Source of the DNA: Candidatus Omnitrophota bacterium
Lineage (GTDB): Bacteria; Hinthialibacterota; Hinthialibacteria; Hinthialibacterales; Hinthialibacteraceae
DNA length: 64,000 nucleotides
Assembly: GCA_003598175.1 (NCBI GenBank)
Contig: QZKN01000097.1
Location: 23,861 to 87,860, forward strand
Reading direction: 5' to 3'
Position numbers and translations under genes: made by a program. Below the pieces are notes generated by a model, which did not search any database, was not told the DNA's origin, and saw only the letters and a program-made list of their open reading frames with translations. Positions within the stretch are counted from its first letter, which is position 1; each line of letters starts with the position of its first letter. Shown here in pieces: positions 1-8,966 of this stretch.

Positions 1-373
1 TGTTTCCGCGTTTTCCCGCCGGTGAATTGATCTCCGCCCAGAAATCGCAGCCGGAGATATCCGGCCAGCCGACGCAGAGAGCGCGATGATGAAGATGGTC
101 GGCGGGAGCGTCGTAAGTAACGCAATGCCGGTCGGGCGTCCGGAGCGGATGGATGTAGGATTTATCCAAGGCCGCGCCGGCGTGAAAAATCGCCGTTTCA
201 CGACCGGCATGGAGAATTTTGATTTGCTCTCGTGTTTGCCGAATCCATGGATCGCTCGCGATACTCATCAAAGGAACGGCAAAACAACCGACAATCATGA
301 AAAAAGTACGGATGAAGCGAATGAGGGGGTGAATTAAATTTTTACCTTTTGCGGATGCACAGACAGTTGTCAT
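1..373 (-). CDS. PmoA-like (DUF6807) family secreted protein, runs off the left edge
   Basis: Manual translation from ATG 373: signal-like N-terminus, then KSYIHPLRTP...VTYDAPADHLHHRALCVGW...DFWAE, typical of this family; not in the ORF track. Confidence 0.65.
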   Translation of the reverse strand, partial: MTTVCASAKGKNLIHPLIRFIRTFFMIVGCFAVPLMSIASDPWIRQTREQIKILHAGRETAIFHAGAALDKSYIHPLRTPDRHCVTYDAPADHLHHRALCVGWPDISGCDFWAEINSPAGKRGN

Positions 374-849
374 CGTTTTCCCTTTTCTTTATTTCAAGAA
401 TATTGTTTGCCTTTTAAAAACCATTCTTTTACCACGTCATTGTTCAATATTGTTATTATATTGCAAAAATAGGAAGATTGATAGACGTCACTACTCTCCC
501 ACATGGCAATAGATCTCCGTGAGCGGCATCCTCATGATTTGAATCGGCAACTCGCTATGTTGTCAATCGGCAACACTTTTTTGAATATAAAAGTGAAATC
601 AAGGTAACTATGATGGTTACTGCATTCCTTTCTTTGTATATTCATTAGCTACAAATCTAACCATCTCCATACCCATTCGTCTCCACCATAAAAGGAAACG
701 ATTGCATACACTGCTATAACGGATTGATTTTACGAATGTTACACAATTTTATCGATTTTTCAATTGTCCAAATTATCGTATAGGGAAATTGGCATGATCT
801 TTTCTATAATATAGGGTGATATTTAATTCTTAATAAAGATGAGTACAGC

Positions 850-1983
850 ATGACGATCTATCTCAACAACGCCGCCAGCGGTTGGCCCCGAGCGGAAGGG
901 GTATGTGAGGCGATGACGCTTACCCTGCAAACGCCGCCCTTTCATCCCGGACGAGTCGCAGGCGGTTGCGCGGACGTGTTGACGATTTGCAGGAGGGGAA
1001 TTGCGGAGTTGGTGGACGCGCCGGATCCCACTCGAATCGTATTGACCACGAACGCCACCCACGCCCTGAATCTGGCGTTTTGGGGTGTAAAGCTGAATGA
1101 CCATGCGCATGTAATCACAACAGTTACAGAACATAATTCCGTTCTCCGTCCCCTTCATCACGTGCGGGAACGCTTTCCCGGCCTGCGATTGACGATTCTC
1201 CCCACGAATGCAACCGGCGCTTTGGACGAAGAACAATTCGATCAGGCGCTGGAGAGAGAACCCACCCTCGTCGTGATCAACCACGCGTCCAACGTCACCG
1301 GCAGAGTGAACGAAGTCGAGCAATTATTCCAGAAAGCCAAAAAAGCCGGGGCGATGACGTTGTTGGATGCCTCCCAGTCGTTGGGTTCCATTCCGATTTC
1401 CGTCAAAAAAATCCAGGCCGATCTGATCGCTTTTACCGGGCACAAAGGATTGCACGGTCCGGCGGGAACCGGCGCGTTGTACGTGAATCCATCGTTGGAG
1501 TTGGAACAGGTTTTTGTGGGAGGAACCGGCGTGCGCAGCGATTTGATGCTGCATCCGGCCAATATGCCCATGCGTCTGGAAGCGGGAACGCCGAACATGC
1601 CGAGTTTTGCCGGATTGGCGGCGGCGTTGCGATGGTATCAAAAAGAAGGCGCAGCTCACGCCCAAAAAGCAACCGAATTGGCGAATCGGTTCCGTGAAGC
1701 ATTGATGAACATTCCCAAAGTGAAGGTATTCGACGGGACGGCCAAGGTTTGTCGCACGCCGGTGATCTCGATTCAAATCGCGGGATGGGCGGTGGAGGAA
1801 ATCGGGTACGTGTTGGCGGAGAGTTTCGGAATCATATGCCGCACCGGATTGCATTGTGCGCCCTTGATTCATCAGGCTATCGGGAGCGCGCCGGAAGGGA
1901 CGGTGCGATTCAGTTTTTCCGGATTCAACACGGAACTGGAGATGGAAACCGCTCTTGACGCGGTGCGGAGATTGGCGGCATGA
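850..1983 (+). CDS. Class-V PLP aminotransferase, cysteine desulfurase-like
   Basis: IYLNNAAS N-terminus, EHNSV, LDASQ, PLP lysine in FTGHKGLHGP, catalytic Cys motif RTGLHCAP. Confidence 0.9.
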   Translation: MTIYLNNAASGWPRAEGVCEAMTLTLQTPPFHPGRVAGGCADVLTICRRGIAELVDAPDPTRIVLTTNATHALNLAFWGVKLNDHAHVITTVTEHNSVLRPLHHVRERFPGLRLTILPTNATGALDEEQFDQALEREPTLVVINHASNVTGRVNEVEQLFQKAKKAGAMTLLDASQSLGSIPISVKKIQADLIAFTGHKGLHGPAGTGALYVNPSLELEQVFVGGTGVRSDLMLHPANMPMRLEAGTPNMPSFAGLAAALRWYQKEGAAHAQKATELANRFREALMNIPKVKVFDGTAKVCRTPVISIQIAGWAVEEIGYVLAESFGIICRTGLHCAPLIHQAIGSAPEGTVRFSFSGFNTELEMETALDAVRRLAA

Positions 1984-2264
1984 AAATCACGGAAATCAAA
2001 AAGATCGAGGATTGCTTCGACGGGAGCACAGTCTATGGGTATACCTTTGACGCGGTTTGGACGCAGGACCGGATCCAGCAATTTCGAACTTTGGGAAATC
2101 TGGATTATTTCCCGGATTTCCCCCGCCCCTTTTTTCGCGTGTGTCAAAAAAACGGCGTACAAATCAAAGGGATTCAAGGCGATAACAATTGTCGCGTGAT
2201 TTACCCCCAAAAACAGAAGGAGGTGAGAAAAAAAGAATTTGAAGAGGCGTTTATGGAATCATGA
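1980..2264 (+). CDS. Hypothetical 94-aa protein coupled to the desulfurase
   Basis: ATGA overlap with the upstream stop; motifs EDCFDG and YFPDFPRPFF. Confidence 0.7.
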   Translation: MKITEIKKIEDCFDGSTVYGYTFDAVWTQDRIQQFRTLGNLDYFPDFPRPFFRVCQKNGVQIKGIQGDNNCRVIYPQKQKEVRKKEFEEAFMES

Positions 2265-2307
2265 TTTCATTGGTATTGTATTTTTATCAAAACCGGAGGT
2301 AGCGCAG

Positions 2308-3219
2308 ATGGATCATTTGTATTCAAGTACAAGAGTAGTCATACTCACCTGTTTTGTTTTATTCGCCGGAGTGTGTGGAGCCGGGGCTCAGGATTCCCCC
2401 CCTCCTCTCCCCCCCATTGGGATCGAAGGATACGGCGGCGTGTTTTCGACCTATTCCGCCTACCTGGTCAATCCGGCCAGGGAAGGCGCAATATTCGGAT
2501 ACCCCAGCGTCGCGTACACGTATGTGTTTCTCGGGCATGGAAGGCATCTCAACACCTTCGCGATCACGGAAACCTTGTGGGATCGGGTGGAACTGGGATT
2601 TGCCTACAATCTGCTGGATATCGGGGATCTGCCTCAGGCCGTCGGCGTTCCTATCGATGATTCCGTCGATTTGTACAATTTCAACGCGCGCCTGGCTTTG
2701 CTGAAGGAAGGCGATTTCGAGATGCCTTGGCTGCCCGCGTTGACATTCGGCGTTCACTACAAATACAACGACACGATCAATGATATCGATCGGGATTTAG
2801 GCGGCGCCTTGCGCAATATCGGCATCGCCGACAATGACGGCGTCGATTTCACCCTCTACGCCACGAAATTGTTTACGCAATTGCCGCGACCGGTTCTGGT
2901 GGATTTCGGTCTTCGCGCCACCGAAGCCGCCCACCTCGGCTTGCTGGGATTCACGAAGGGGTACGAAATCATGGCGGAAGGCAATGTGATGGTTTTCGTG
3001 ACGGACAAATGGCTCGTCGGCGCGGAATATCGCATGAAACCGAACGAATATCGACGGATCCCAGGTCTGGTGGAAGGAGAAAATGATTGGTGGACGATCT
3101 GCATGGGGTATTGCGTCAACGATCATATGTCTGTTTCCGCCGGATACGGACATTTCGGCGACGTTCTTAATCACGAAGCCAACGGCAGTTGGGGCATTCG
3201 CATCAAGTGGGAATTTTGA
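2308..3219 (+). CDS. Outer-membrane beta-barrel protein, DUF3034-like
   Basis: GGAGG SD before ATG 2308, signal peptide, GIEGYGG motif, amphipathic strands, GAEYRMKP, C-terminal beta-signal IRIKWEF. Confidence 0.7.
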   Translation: MDHLYSSTRVVILTCFVLFAGVCGAGAQDSPPPLPPIGIEGYGGVFSTYSAYLVNPAREGAIFGYPSVAYTYVFLGHGRHLNTFAITETLWDRVELGFAYNLLDIGDLPQAVGVPIDDSVDLYNFNARLALLKEGDFEMPWLPALTFGVHYKYNDTINDIDRDLGGALRNIGIADNDGVDFTLYATKLFTQLPRPVLVDFGLRATEAAHLGLLGFTKGYEIMAEGNVMVFVTDKWLVGAEYRMKPNEYRRIPGLVEGENDWWTICMGYCVNDHMSVSAGYGHFGDVLNHEANGSWGIRIKWEF

Positions 3220-3260
3220 CAAGCACAGGAAACTACCAAATCGTTTGGAGGTACATTCTT

Positions 3261-3452
3261 ATGGCAGAAAAACTAAAAAAACTGTATGAATTCGCGGAGC
3301 AGGCGGGCGGCATCGAAGCCAAAATGCGCCTGGCCGTGATGTCGGGCATTTCGTCGGTCAAAGCGGCGACGGAGCCGGATTCACCGGAAAACATCGCCAA
3401 ACTCAAAAAAGCAATCAAAGAAGTAACCGGAAAAGATGCGCCCATAAGTTGA
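3261..3452 (+). CDS. Small helical hypothetical protein (63 aa)
   Basis: GGAGG SD; MAEKLKKLYEFAEQAGGIEAKMRLAVMSGISS...EPDSPENIAKLKKAIKEVTG. Confidence 0.75.
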   Translation: MAEKLKKLYEFAEQAGGIEAKMRLAVMSGISSVKAATEPDSPENIAKLKKAIKEVTGKDAPIS

Positions 3453-3472
3453 TTCAAAAAAGGAGAAATTTC

Positions 3473-4009
3473 ATGGCTCAATTTAAAACCACAGAGATCG
3501 TTCTCGATCACAAATTCGATCCGAAAACCTGCCGTCATTCGCTCAACGACATGGTCCACGTGCTTCATTGCCATCATTACGCCACATTGTATTCCCGTCT
3601 GGCCGATGATTGTGGCATGTTGGACGGCAAGAAACTCCTGGCGGAAGTGTCGGAAGATACGTTTTCTGCATTTTTGATACGTTATTATGAGAGAAATACC
3701 GTCCAAACAATTGCGGAAAAAATCGCCATTGCCGAGCAATACTACGCGGCAACCGGTTTGGGGCAGATGCAGGTAACCTGCGCGGGGATGGAATCAGGAG
3801 AAGTGAATTTGATCCATTCCCATGTCGATGAAGGGTGGATCAAAAAATGGGGCAAACGTGATCAACCCGTCAATTTTATCACGGCCGGCTATATCGCGGG
3901 AATGTTTAACGCCCTCTTCGGATGCGCTCCACGCACTTATCACGTTGTGGAAAGCGAATGTATCGTGAGCGGCGCGGAGCGGTCGAAGTTCGAAGTGGTG
4001 AGGAAATAA
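3473..4009 (+). CDS. V4R-like (4-vinyl reductase/Bet3 fold) protein 1
   Basis: AGGAG SD; HCHHY motif, GLG turn, NFITAGYIAG, C-terminal ESECIVSGAERSKF resembling the V4R E-x-x-C...G...(C)-x-F signature. Confidence 0.7.
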   Translation: MAQFKTTEIVLDHKFDPKTCRHSLNDMVHVLHCHHYATLYSRLADDCGMLDGKKLLAEVSEDTFSAFLIRYYERNTVQTIAEKIAIAEQYYAATGLGQMQVTCAGMESGEVNLIHSHVDEGWIKKWGKRDQPVNFITAGYIAGMFNALFGCAPRTYHVVESECIVSGAERSKFEVVRK

Positions 4010-4026
4010 CCAAGGAGGCATTCATT

Positions 4027-4635
4027 ATGGCAATCGATCGAAAACAAGTCATCAGCAATATGTCTAAAATCAAAGTGGTCGGGAATGAAGAAGGACTGAT
4101 TCCCGCATTCAATGTCTATATTACGCAATTGCCCGCCGCTTTCTGGAACGGTTTCGCCGAGCGTCTGACCCGGCAGGTCGGCGCGGAATTGCTGGAATCC
4201 GCGGAGTGGCTGCTCGTGAATGCGGCGCACGAATGCGGATATCATACCGGCTACGGAATCATTACGTCGGAGGAATGGAAAGCCGTCGTGCAACCGATGG
4301 TGGAAAAGGTCCCGGAAGACATTCTTCATGGCGCTTTTGCCGTGTTCACCGCGTGGGGATGGGCGAAGAGCGAAATTACCGAGCTGATTCCCAATGAAAA
4401 GATGGTGGTCCGCGCTTACGACTATTACGAATCCGACGTTGTCACGTACGGCGCTTCCAACAAAATGAGCGCCTACATGATCCGCGGCGTTTGCGCGGCG
4501 TTCATGGATTTGGCGTACGGCGGAGAATACGATCCGACAGGAAAAACCGGATTGCGCACCTTCCAGTGCCAACAAGTCAAGGGCATCGAATGCGGCGATG
4601 AGTATGGTGAATTTGTCGTGACCCATGCGAACTGA
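4027..4635 (+). CDS. V4R-like protein 2
   Basis: AGGAGG SD; AAHECGYHTGYG, AWGWA, YMIRGVCAAFM, C-terminal CQQVKGIECGDEYGEF. Confidence 0.7.
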   Translation: MAIDRKQVISNMSKIKVVGNEEGLIPAFNVYITQLPAAFWNGFAERLTRQVGAELLESAEWLLVNAAHECGYHTGYGIITSEEWKAVVQPMVEKVPEDILHGAFAVFTAWGWAKSEITELIPNEKMVVRAYDYYESDVVTYGASNKMSAYMIRGVCAAFMDLAYGGEYDPTGKTGLRTFQCQQVKGIECGDEYGEFVVTHAN

Positions 4636-4644
4636 ATAACAAAA

Positions 4645-4688
4645 TCGGAGGGAAGGCCGAAAGGAATGGATTTCGGCCTTCCCTCCGA
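4645..4688 (+). terminator. Perfect 18-bp stem hairpin with no U-tract (terminator or mRNA stabiliser)
   Basis: TCGGAGGGAAGGCCGAAA-8 nt-TTTCGGCCTTCCCTCCGA between V4R2 and the MCP gene. Confidence 0.6.
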
Positions 4689-4734
4689 ATACAAGACGTG
4701 CGGGGATAAAAATACGAGAAAAAAGGATCCGATC

Positions 4735-6351
4735 ATGAAATGGGATAATGTGAAACTTCGTAATAAATATGCAATTGCTTTTGGCGTTCAAATCATCCTG
4801 CTCTGTTTTATTGCCGCACTGGCGATCTCGACTGTCAGTCGCATGGCAGTAAACGGAAATCAATTGATACAAAGCCATGATATCGTAAATGAGCTCTCTT
4901 TGAGAGAAATCGAACATTTGGAATGGGCATCTCATGTGCTCGAATTTTTCACCGACGAAAAAGCGTCCTCCGTCGACGTGCAAACCAATCCGGACCAATG
5001 CGTCTTTGGTAAATGGTTGGCCGGTGTGGAGAGAAAACAAGCGGAGCAAACGATTCCGGCGCTTGCCGTTCCTCTTGCCGCCATAGAAAAGGCGCATCGC
5101 GAACTCCACACGTCGGCGGCGGAGATCAATCAATTGGCGCAAAAGGGAGAGAAAACCTCTGCATTGGCGGTTTTTCATGACCGCACAAAACCGGCGTTGC
5201 TCCAAATCCGGGATTTGTTGCGAGCAGCGAGAAACACGGCCGCGCAGGCGTCGGACAAGTCGGAAATGCTTCTGCAGGATCATGCAAGAACCACCAAAAG
5301 CTCTACGTTATACCTGTGCCTGTTGTCGCTCCTGATCGGGATTTCTCTCGCCTATTTTATTTCCAGCGGATTTATTCGAACGATCCATCGCTTGGTCCTT
5401 TTTTCACGGAGTCTCGCCGCCGGAGATCTTTCGCAGTCCATGCCGTGCAATCGTATCGATGAACTGGGGATTCTGGCCAATGCGTTGAACTCGATTCGGG
5501 ACAAATTGCACGACATGATGGATAACATTCAACAGGCCGCCGACCAGATTGCCGCCAGCGCGGAGGAAATGTCTTCCTCGGCCCAAAATCTTGCCGCCGG
5601 CACATCGGAGCAGGCTTCCAGCCTGGAGGAAACTTCCGCCTCCATCCATCAACTGACCGGTTCCATCCAGCAAAACGCCGCTCATGCGCAAAAGACGAGC
5701 GAAGCGACCATGATAGCCGCGTTGGAAGTGGAGGAAGGCGGCGGCTCCGTTCTGGAAATCGTAAAATCGATGAAAAGCATCGCGCAGCAGATTTCCATTA
5801 TCAATGATATTGCCGATCAGACCAACCTGCTTGCTTTAAACGCAGCCATCGAGGCCGCGCGCGCCGGCGAATTGGGAAAAGGATTCGCCGTCGTGGCCGT
5901 GGAAGTGCGCAAATTGGCGGAACGCAGTCAACACGCCGCAAAGGAAATCGGCCAATTGTCGGATAAGAGCGTCAAACAGGCGGAAGCTATCGCAAACTAT
6001 TTAATTGAAAAGGTGGTTCCCGGCGTGCAAAATGCCTCGCAGTTGGTGCAGGAGATCACCTCCACCTGCAACGAACAGTCCAACAGCGCCGAACAAGTGC
6101 AAAGCGCGATCACCCAATTGGATGAAATCACGCAACGCAACTCCGCGACGAGTGAAGAGTCAGCATCGGCCAGCGAAGAATTGGCGGCGCAGGCAAAATC
6201 ACTGCAGGATATCATTCACGGATTTAAGATGAATTCCTCCGGCAACGCGCTGGACGTTCAGGAAGAGCGATCGTGGATGCATGAGAACATGCAGGAGGAT
6301 ATCCCGTTGATGGTTTCGGATTTCACGGAACGTCATTTCCGCAAGCCATGA
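4735..6351 (+). CDS. Methyl-accepting chemotaxis protein with CZB sensor and HAMP domain
   Basis: TM1, CZB residues HLEW...CVFGKWL...HRELH, TM2, HAMP ([11 protein letters not shown]), MCP signature [37 protein letters not shown]. Confidence 0.92.
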   Translation: MKWDNVKLRNKYAIAFGVQIILLCFIAALAISTVSRMAVNGNQLIQSHDIVNELSLREIEHLEWASHVLEFFTDEKASSVDVQTNPDQCVFGKWLAGVERKQAEQTIPALAVPLAAIEKAHRELHTSAAEINQLAQKGEKTSALAVFHDRTKPALLQIRDLLRAARNTAAQASDKSEMLLQDHARTTKSSTLYLCLLSLLIGISLAYFISSGFIRTIHRLVLFSRSLAAGDLSQSMPCNRIDELGILANALNSIRDKLHDMMDNIQQAADQIAASAEEMSSSAQNLAAGTSEQASSLEETSASIHQLTGSIQQNAAHAQKTSEATMIAALEVEEGGGSVLEIVKSMKSIAQQISIINDIADQTNLLALNAAIEAARAGELGKGFAVVAVEVRKLAERSQHAAKEIGQLSDKSVKQAEAIANYLIEKVVPGVQNASQLVQEITSTCNEQSNSAEQVQSAITQLDEITQRNSATSEESASASEELAAQAKSLQDIIHGFKMNSSGNALDVQEERSWMHENMQEDIPLMVSDFTERHFRKP

Positions 6352-6560
6352 CGGCGCGTGCGCCGACCGTTGCAACAGGCAATGGAGCGTGAGAATTACA
6401 ATTGGCCTGTCAATAAAATCTCTGCTTTCTTCTCCCGCTCTCCCAGCGGTATCAATCCAATCCGCATGTGCAAGGCGGCAGCGATTTTTTGCAGGAGGGG
6501 AAATGGATTCCCTTCATAATCGGTTTCTTCCGGTTGAACGATGATTTCTTCCGGATTCCA

Positions 6561-6977
6561 TTATGGCACGACTTCCAGCGTCGTACCATCACGAAGGCGA
6601 TAGATGCGAAAATCGTTATCCAATGAGAATATATGATGGAACTTGCGACTTTCAGCAACCACCACAAGTGAAGCGTCGGCCAAGTCCATTGGTGTGTCCT
6701 GGTACTGCGCCATCAACTTGTCCATACGATCGATTTCAGCGTACGTATGATCGTGTAGGATTAACCGCCCGTTTGTTCGAAGTCTCCATAGTTCAGTTTG
6801 ATATTGATATCCACCCACCGATCCCAGCAAATACATCGCTTCCGTGAAGCACGGCCATGTTGTCAACATGGGGCCATATGATAGTTGTTTTACCGCGGTG
6901 ACACAAACAGTATGATAAGCATCATCTTTATCCAAAAGCGCAACTACAGGTCCGGTGTCAGTGAGAATCATACTCAT
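6561..6977 (-). CDS. PIN-domain (VapC-like) toxin
   Basis: ILTDTGPVVALL, TEA, MDLADASLV, FSLDNDFRIY acidic PIN residues. Confidence 0.88.
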   Translation of the reverse strand: MSMILTDTGPVVALLDKDDAYHTVCVTAVKQLSYGPMLTTWPCFTEAMYLLGSVGGYQYQTELWRLRTNGRLILHDHTYAEIDRMDKLMAQYQDTPMDLADASLVVVAESRKFHHIFSLDNDFRIYRLRDGTTLEVVP

Positions 6978-7258
6978 CCTTGTCGCCGTTTTTGGACCAA
7001 CGCAGCAGTGAATTTTTGACCACAGTTTTCAGAAAGGCGCGCACCGCCATGAATATGGTTGCCACTGGAGAGGACGCCAATATGCCCAACAAGAAAATCG
7101 GCAAGTGTTTTCTGCTCCGTTTCCGAAGGATCATCCCCTTTTTTTGTAACAAACCGATTTTGGAGGCAGTCGAGTGCGAGCATCTCCGGTGTTGTCTTTT
7201 GTCTGTTTGCCTCCTCGCACAATGCACTTTCAATAGCGGGAGTTAGCGTGATTTTCAT
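6974..7258 (-). CDS. Putative antitoxin of the PIN toxin
   Basis: Short gene overlapping the toxin start (ATGA); RHH-like N-terminus MKITLTPAIESALCEEA. Confidence 0.7.
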   Translation of the reverse strand: MKITLTPAIESALCEEANRQKTTPEMLALDCLQNRFVTKKGDDPSETEQKTLADFLVGHIGVLSSGNHIHGGARLSENCGQKFTAALVQKRRQG

Positions 7259-7274
7259 TGGTATTTCCCTTAGT

Positions 7275-7970
7275 TTATTCAATTTCCTTGATTTTAATAT
7301 TCCGGAAAAAAATCGGCGCGCCGGCGTGTTTTCCCTGCAGACCGATTCGTCCGAACGTTTTCAATTCGGCTTTCGGCTTGCTCAACCAGGACGGGATTTC
7401 GCTGCCGTCGGGATTGGTTTTGGCGCTGGTCCATAATTTCATGTCCATGACGGTGACCGTCTCCCCGTTCAGCATCACGTAAATCATGTTGTCCTTGCAG
7501 GTGATGGTGAAACGGTTCCACTCGCCCGGCTTCTTCACCATGCTTTTCTTTGCGGCCAGATGCCCGAAGATGGCGGCGCATTGCCAGGTTTTCGGTTGGC
7601 TCGACCATTTTTCGGAAAAATCGTCGGCGATTTGAATCTCGACCGAATTGGGAATCCAATTTTTCATGTCGCTGCAGTAGACGATGACGCCGCTATTGGT
7701 TCCGTCGGCGGTTTTGAATTCCAGATCCAATACGAAATTGTCATAATCCTTATTACTCCAAATCGCTTCGTCCTTACTGGCCGTGAGAACGCCGTCTTCG
7801 ACCGTCCATACTCCCTTCGGAAACTCCGCATTGGAGAGATCCGCGTTGAACAACGCCTGCCACTCGCCGCTGTCGGGATGCGCTTTCGGCGGAATTTCCA
7901 TCTCGCCGGCTGATGACAATACGGGCAATACAACTCCAATCACTGCGACCAATACAACTAATTTTTTCAT
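7275..7970 (-). CDS. DUF1080 / 3-keto-disaccharide hydrolase family secreted protein
   Basis: Signal peptide; LFNADLS, W-x-V-x-DGVL, YDNFVLDLEFK, NSGV, EIQIAD, GEWN, GRIGLQGKH, FRNIKIK. Confidence 0.88.
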   Translation of the reverse strand: MKKLVVLVAVIGVVLPVLSSAGEMEIPPKAHPDSGEWQALFNADLSNAEFPKGVWTVEDGVLTASKDEAIWSNKDYDNFVLDLEFKTADGTNSGVIVYCSDMKNWIPNSVEIQIADDFSEKWSSQPKTWQCAAIFGHLAAKKSMVKKPGEWNRFTITCKDNMIYVMLNGETVTVMDMKLWTSAKTNPDGSEIPSWLSKPKAELKTFGRIGLQGKHAGAPIFFRNIKIKEIE

Positions 7971-8060
7971 GGGTAACTCCTCTCTGTTTTTACGTTCAAT
8001 CACACCAAGCGGATTGAATCGATGGTTTTCATAGAAACCGTCATGATCGGTAGATCACAA

Positions 8061-8086
8061 TGCGGACGGGACGTCCGCGCTCCGGC
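8061..8086. repeat. REP-like palindrome, copy 1 (copy 2 at 20616-20641)
   Basis: TGCGGACGGGACGTCCGCGCTCCGGC vs TGTGGACAGGATGTCCGCGCTCCGGC; 23/26 identical, including one compensatory stem pair. Confidence 0.65.
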
Positions 8087-8151
8087 ATTTTCATTTTAAT
8101 AATTATGCTTCGTTCTTTCTGTTTGTGGAAGCCGCTGAAATTCCTTCCCAA

Positions 8152-8208
8152 AAATATTTACACAGTTAAATATTTAGGGTTGACAATATTTACACGATGC
8201 GATATCCT
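8152..8208 (+). promoter_or_regulatory. Sigma70 promoter with overlapping putative BlaI operator
   Basis: TTGACA 8180-8185, 17 bp, TATCCT 8203-8208; inverted repeat AAATATTTA/TAAATATTT 8152-8175; AATATTTACAC repeated at 8153 and 8185. Confidence 0.65.
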
Positions 8209-8295
8209 ATTCAGGAATGAGGGATCACCGCCGTCTCGGCGGTTCTATCCTGCCGTCGAAAATATGGAAAGACGGTAACCGAAAGAAGGTGAATC

Positions 8296-8700
8296 ATGAA
8301 AAGGAAAAATTACAGCGTTTCCGAAGCGGAAATGGAGATTCTGCGTGTGTTGTGGGAACGTGGGCCGTCCACGGCAAAGCAGGTGCGCGAACACCTGCCC
8401 CGCCGCGACGATCCGGCCTACTCCACCGTGATCACGCTGCTGCAGCGCATGGAAGCCAAGGGCAGCGTCGGCCACGAAAAGAGCGGGCAAGGGAAAGCGT
8501 TCGTCTTTCATACTCTTTTGAAGCCCGAACAGGTACGCAAACAAGCGGTCCGTTCGTTAGTAAAGAGATACTTTGAAAACGATCCGATTCCGGTTTTTGC
8601 CGCGCTGGTGGAATCGAAAAAATTAAGCGGCGACGAAATCCGACAGTTGCAGGACATGCTGGACGATATCACCCGCCAACAATCGGAAAAACCAAACTGA
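8296..8700 (+). CDS. BlaI/MecI/CopY family repressor
   Basis: SEAEMEILRVLWERGPSTAKQV...YSTVITLLQRMEAKG winged HTH; C-terminal LSGDEIRQL. Confidence 0.92.
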   Translation: MKRKNYSVSEAEMEILRVLWERGPSTAKQVREHLPRRDDPAYSTVITLLQRMEAKGSVGHEKSGQGKAFVFHTLLKPEQVRKQAVRSLVKRYFENDPIPVFAALVESKKLSGDEIRQLQDMLDDITRQQSEKPN

Positions 8701-8708
8701 CGTTACAG

Positions 8709-8966
8709 ATGCTAAATCCGACGGTTCGGGAACTGCTGGATACGGTTCTCCCGGTTCATGGACTGGATTATCAAGTCAAAAACGGAACGATCGTGATTGC
8801 CAAACGGACGGAAGAAACCTTCAAATTATATACTGTCCAGCGTGGGGATACCCTGGCGGCGATTGCACAAAAGTATTCCGTTTCCGTGGATGACCTGAAA
8901 ATCCACAATCCGGAGTTGACCGATCCGAGTGGTTTATCCGTTGGGCAAAAATTGAGGATCCCTTAA
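8709..8966 (+). CDS. Small STN-like fragment plus LysM protein, possibly the remnant of a BlaR1/M56 gene
   Basis: LysM YTVQRGDTLAAIAQKYSVSVDDLKIHNP...LSVGQKLRIP; N-terminal LDTVLPVHGLDYQVKNGTIVI; no signal peptide. Confidence 0.6.
   Translation: MLNPTVRELLDTVLPVHGLDYQVKNGTIVIAKRTEETFKLYTVQRGDTLAAIAQKYSVSVDDLKIHNPELTDPSGLSVGQKLRIP

Noticed and set aside
86..337. 83-aa plus-strand ORF
   Set aside because: Antisense to the PmoA-like gene running off the left edge
789..810. Sigma54 promoter for the desulfurase-V4R operon (TTGGCATGATCTTTTCT)
   Set aside because: GG-N10-TC lacks the conserved -12 GC, and an overlapping TATAAT offers an alternative; left uncalled
3940..5283. Long antisense or alternate-frame ORFs (also 10065-11048, 34086-35390, 38395-39276, 50560-51660, 58385-59266)
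   Set aside because: Shadows of well-supported genes, with no recognisable motifs
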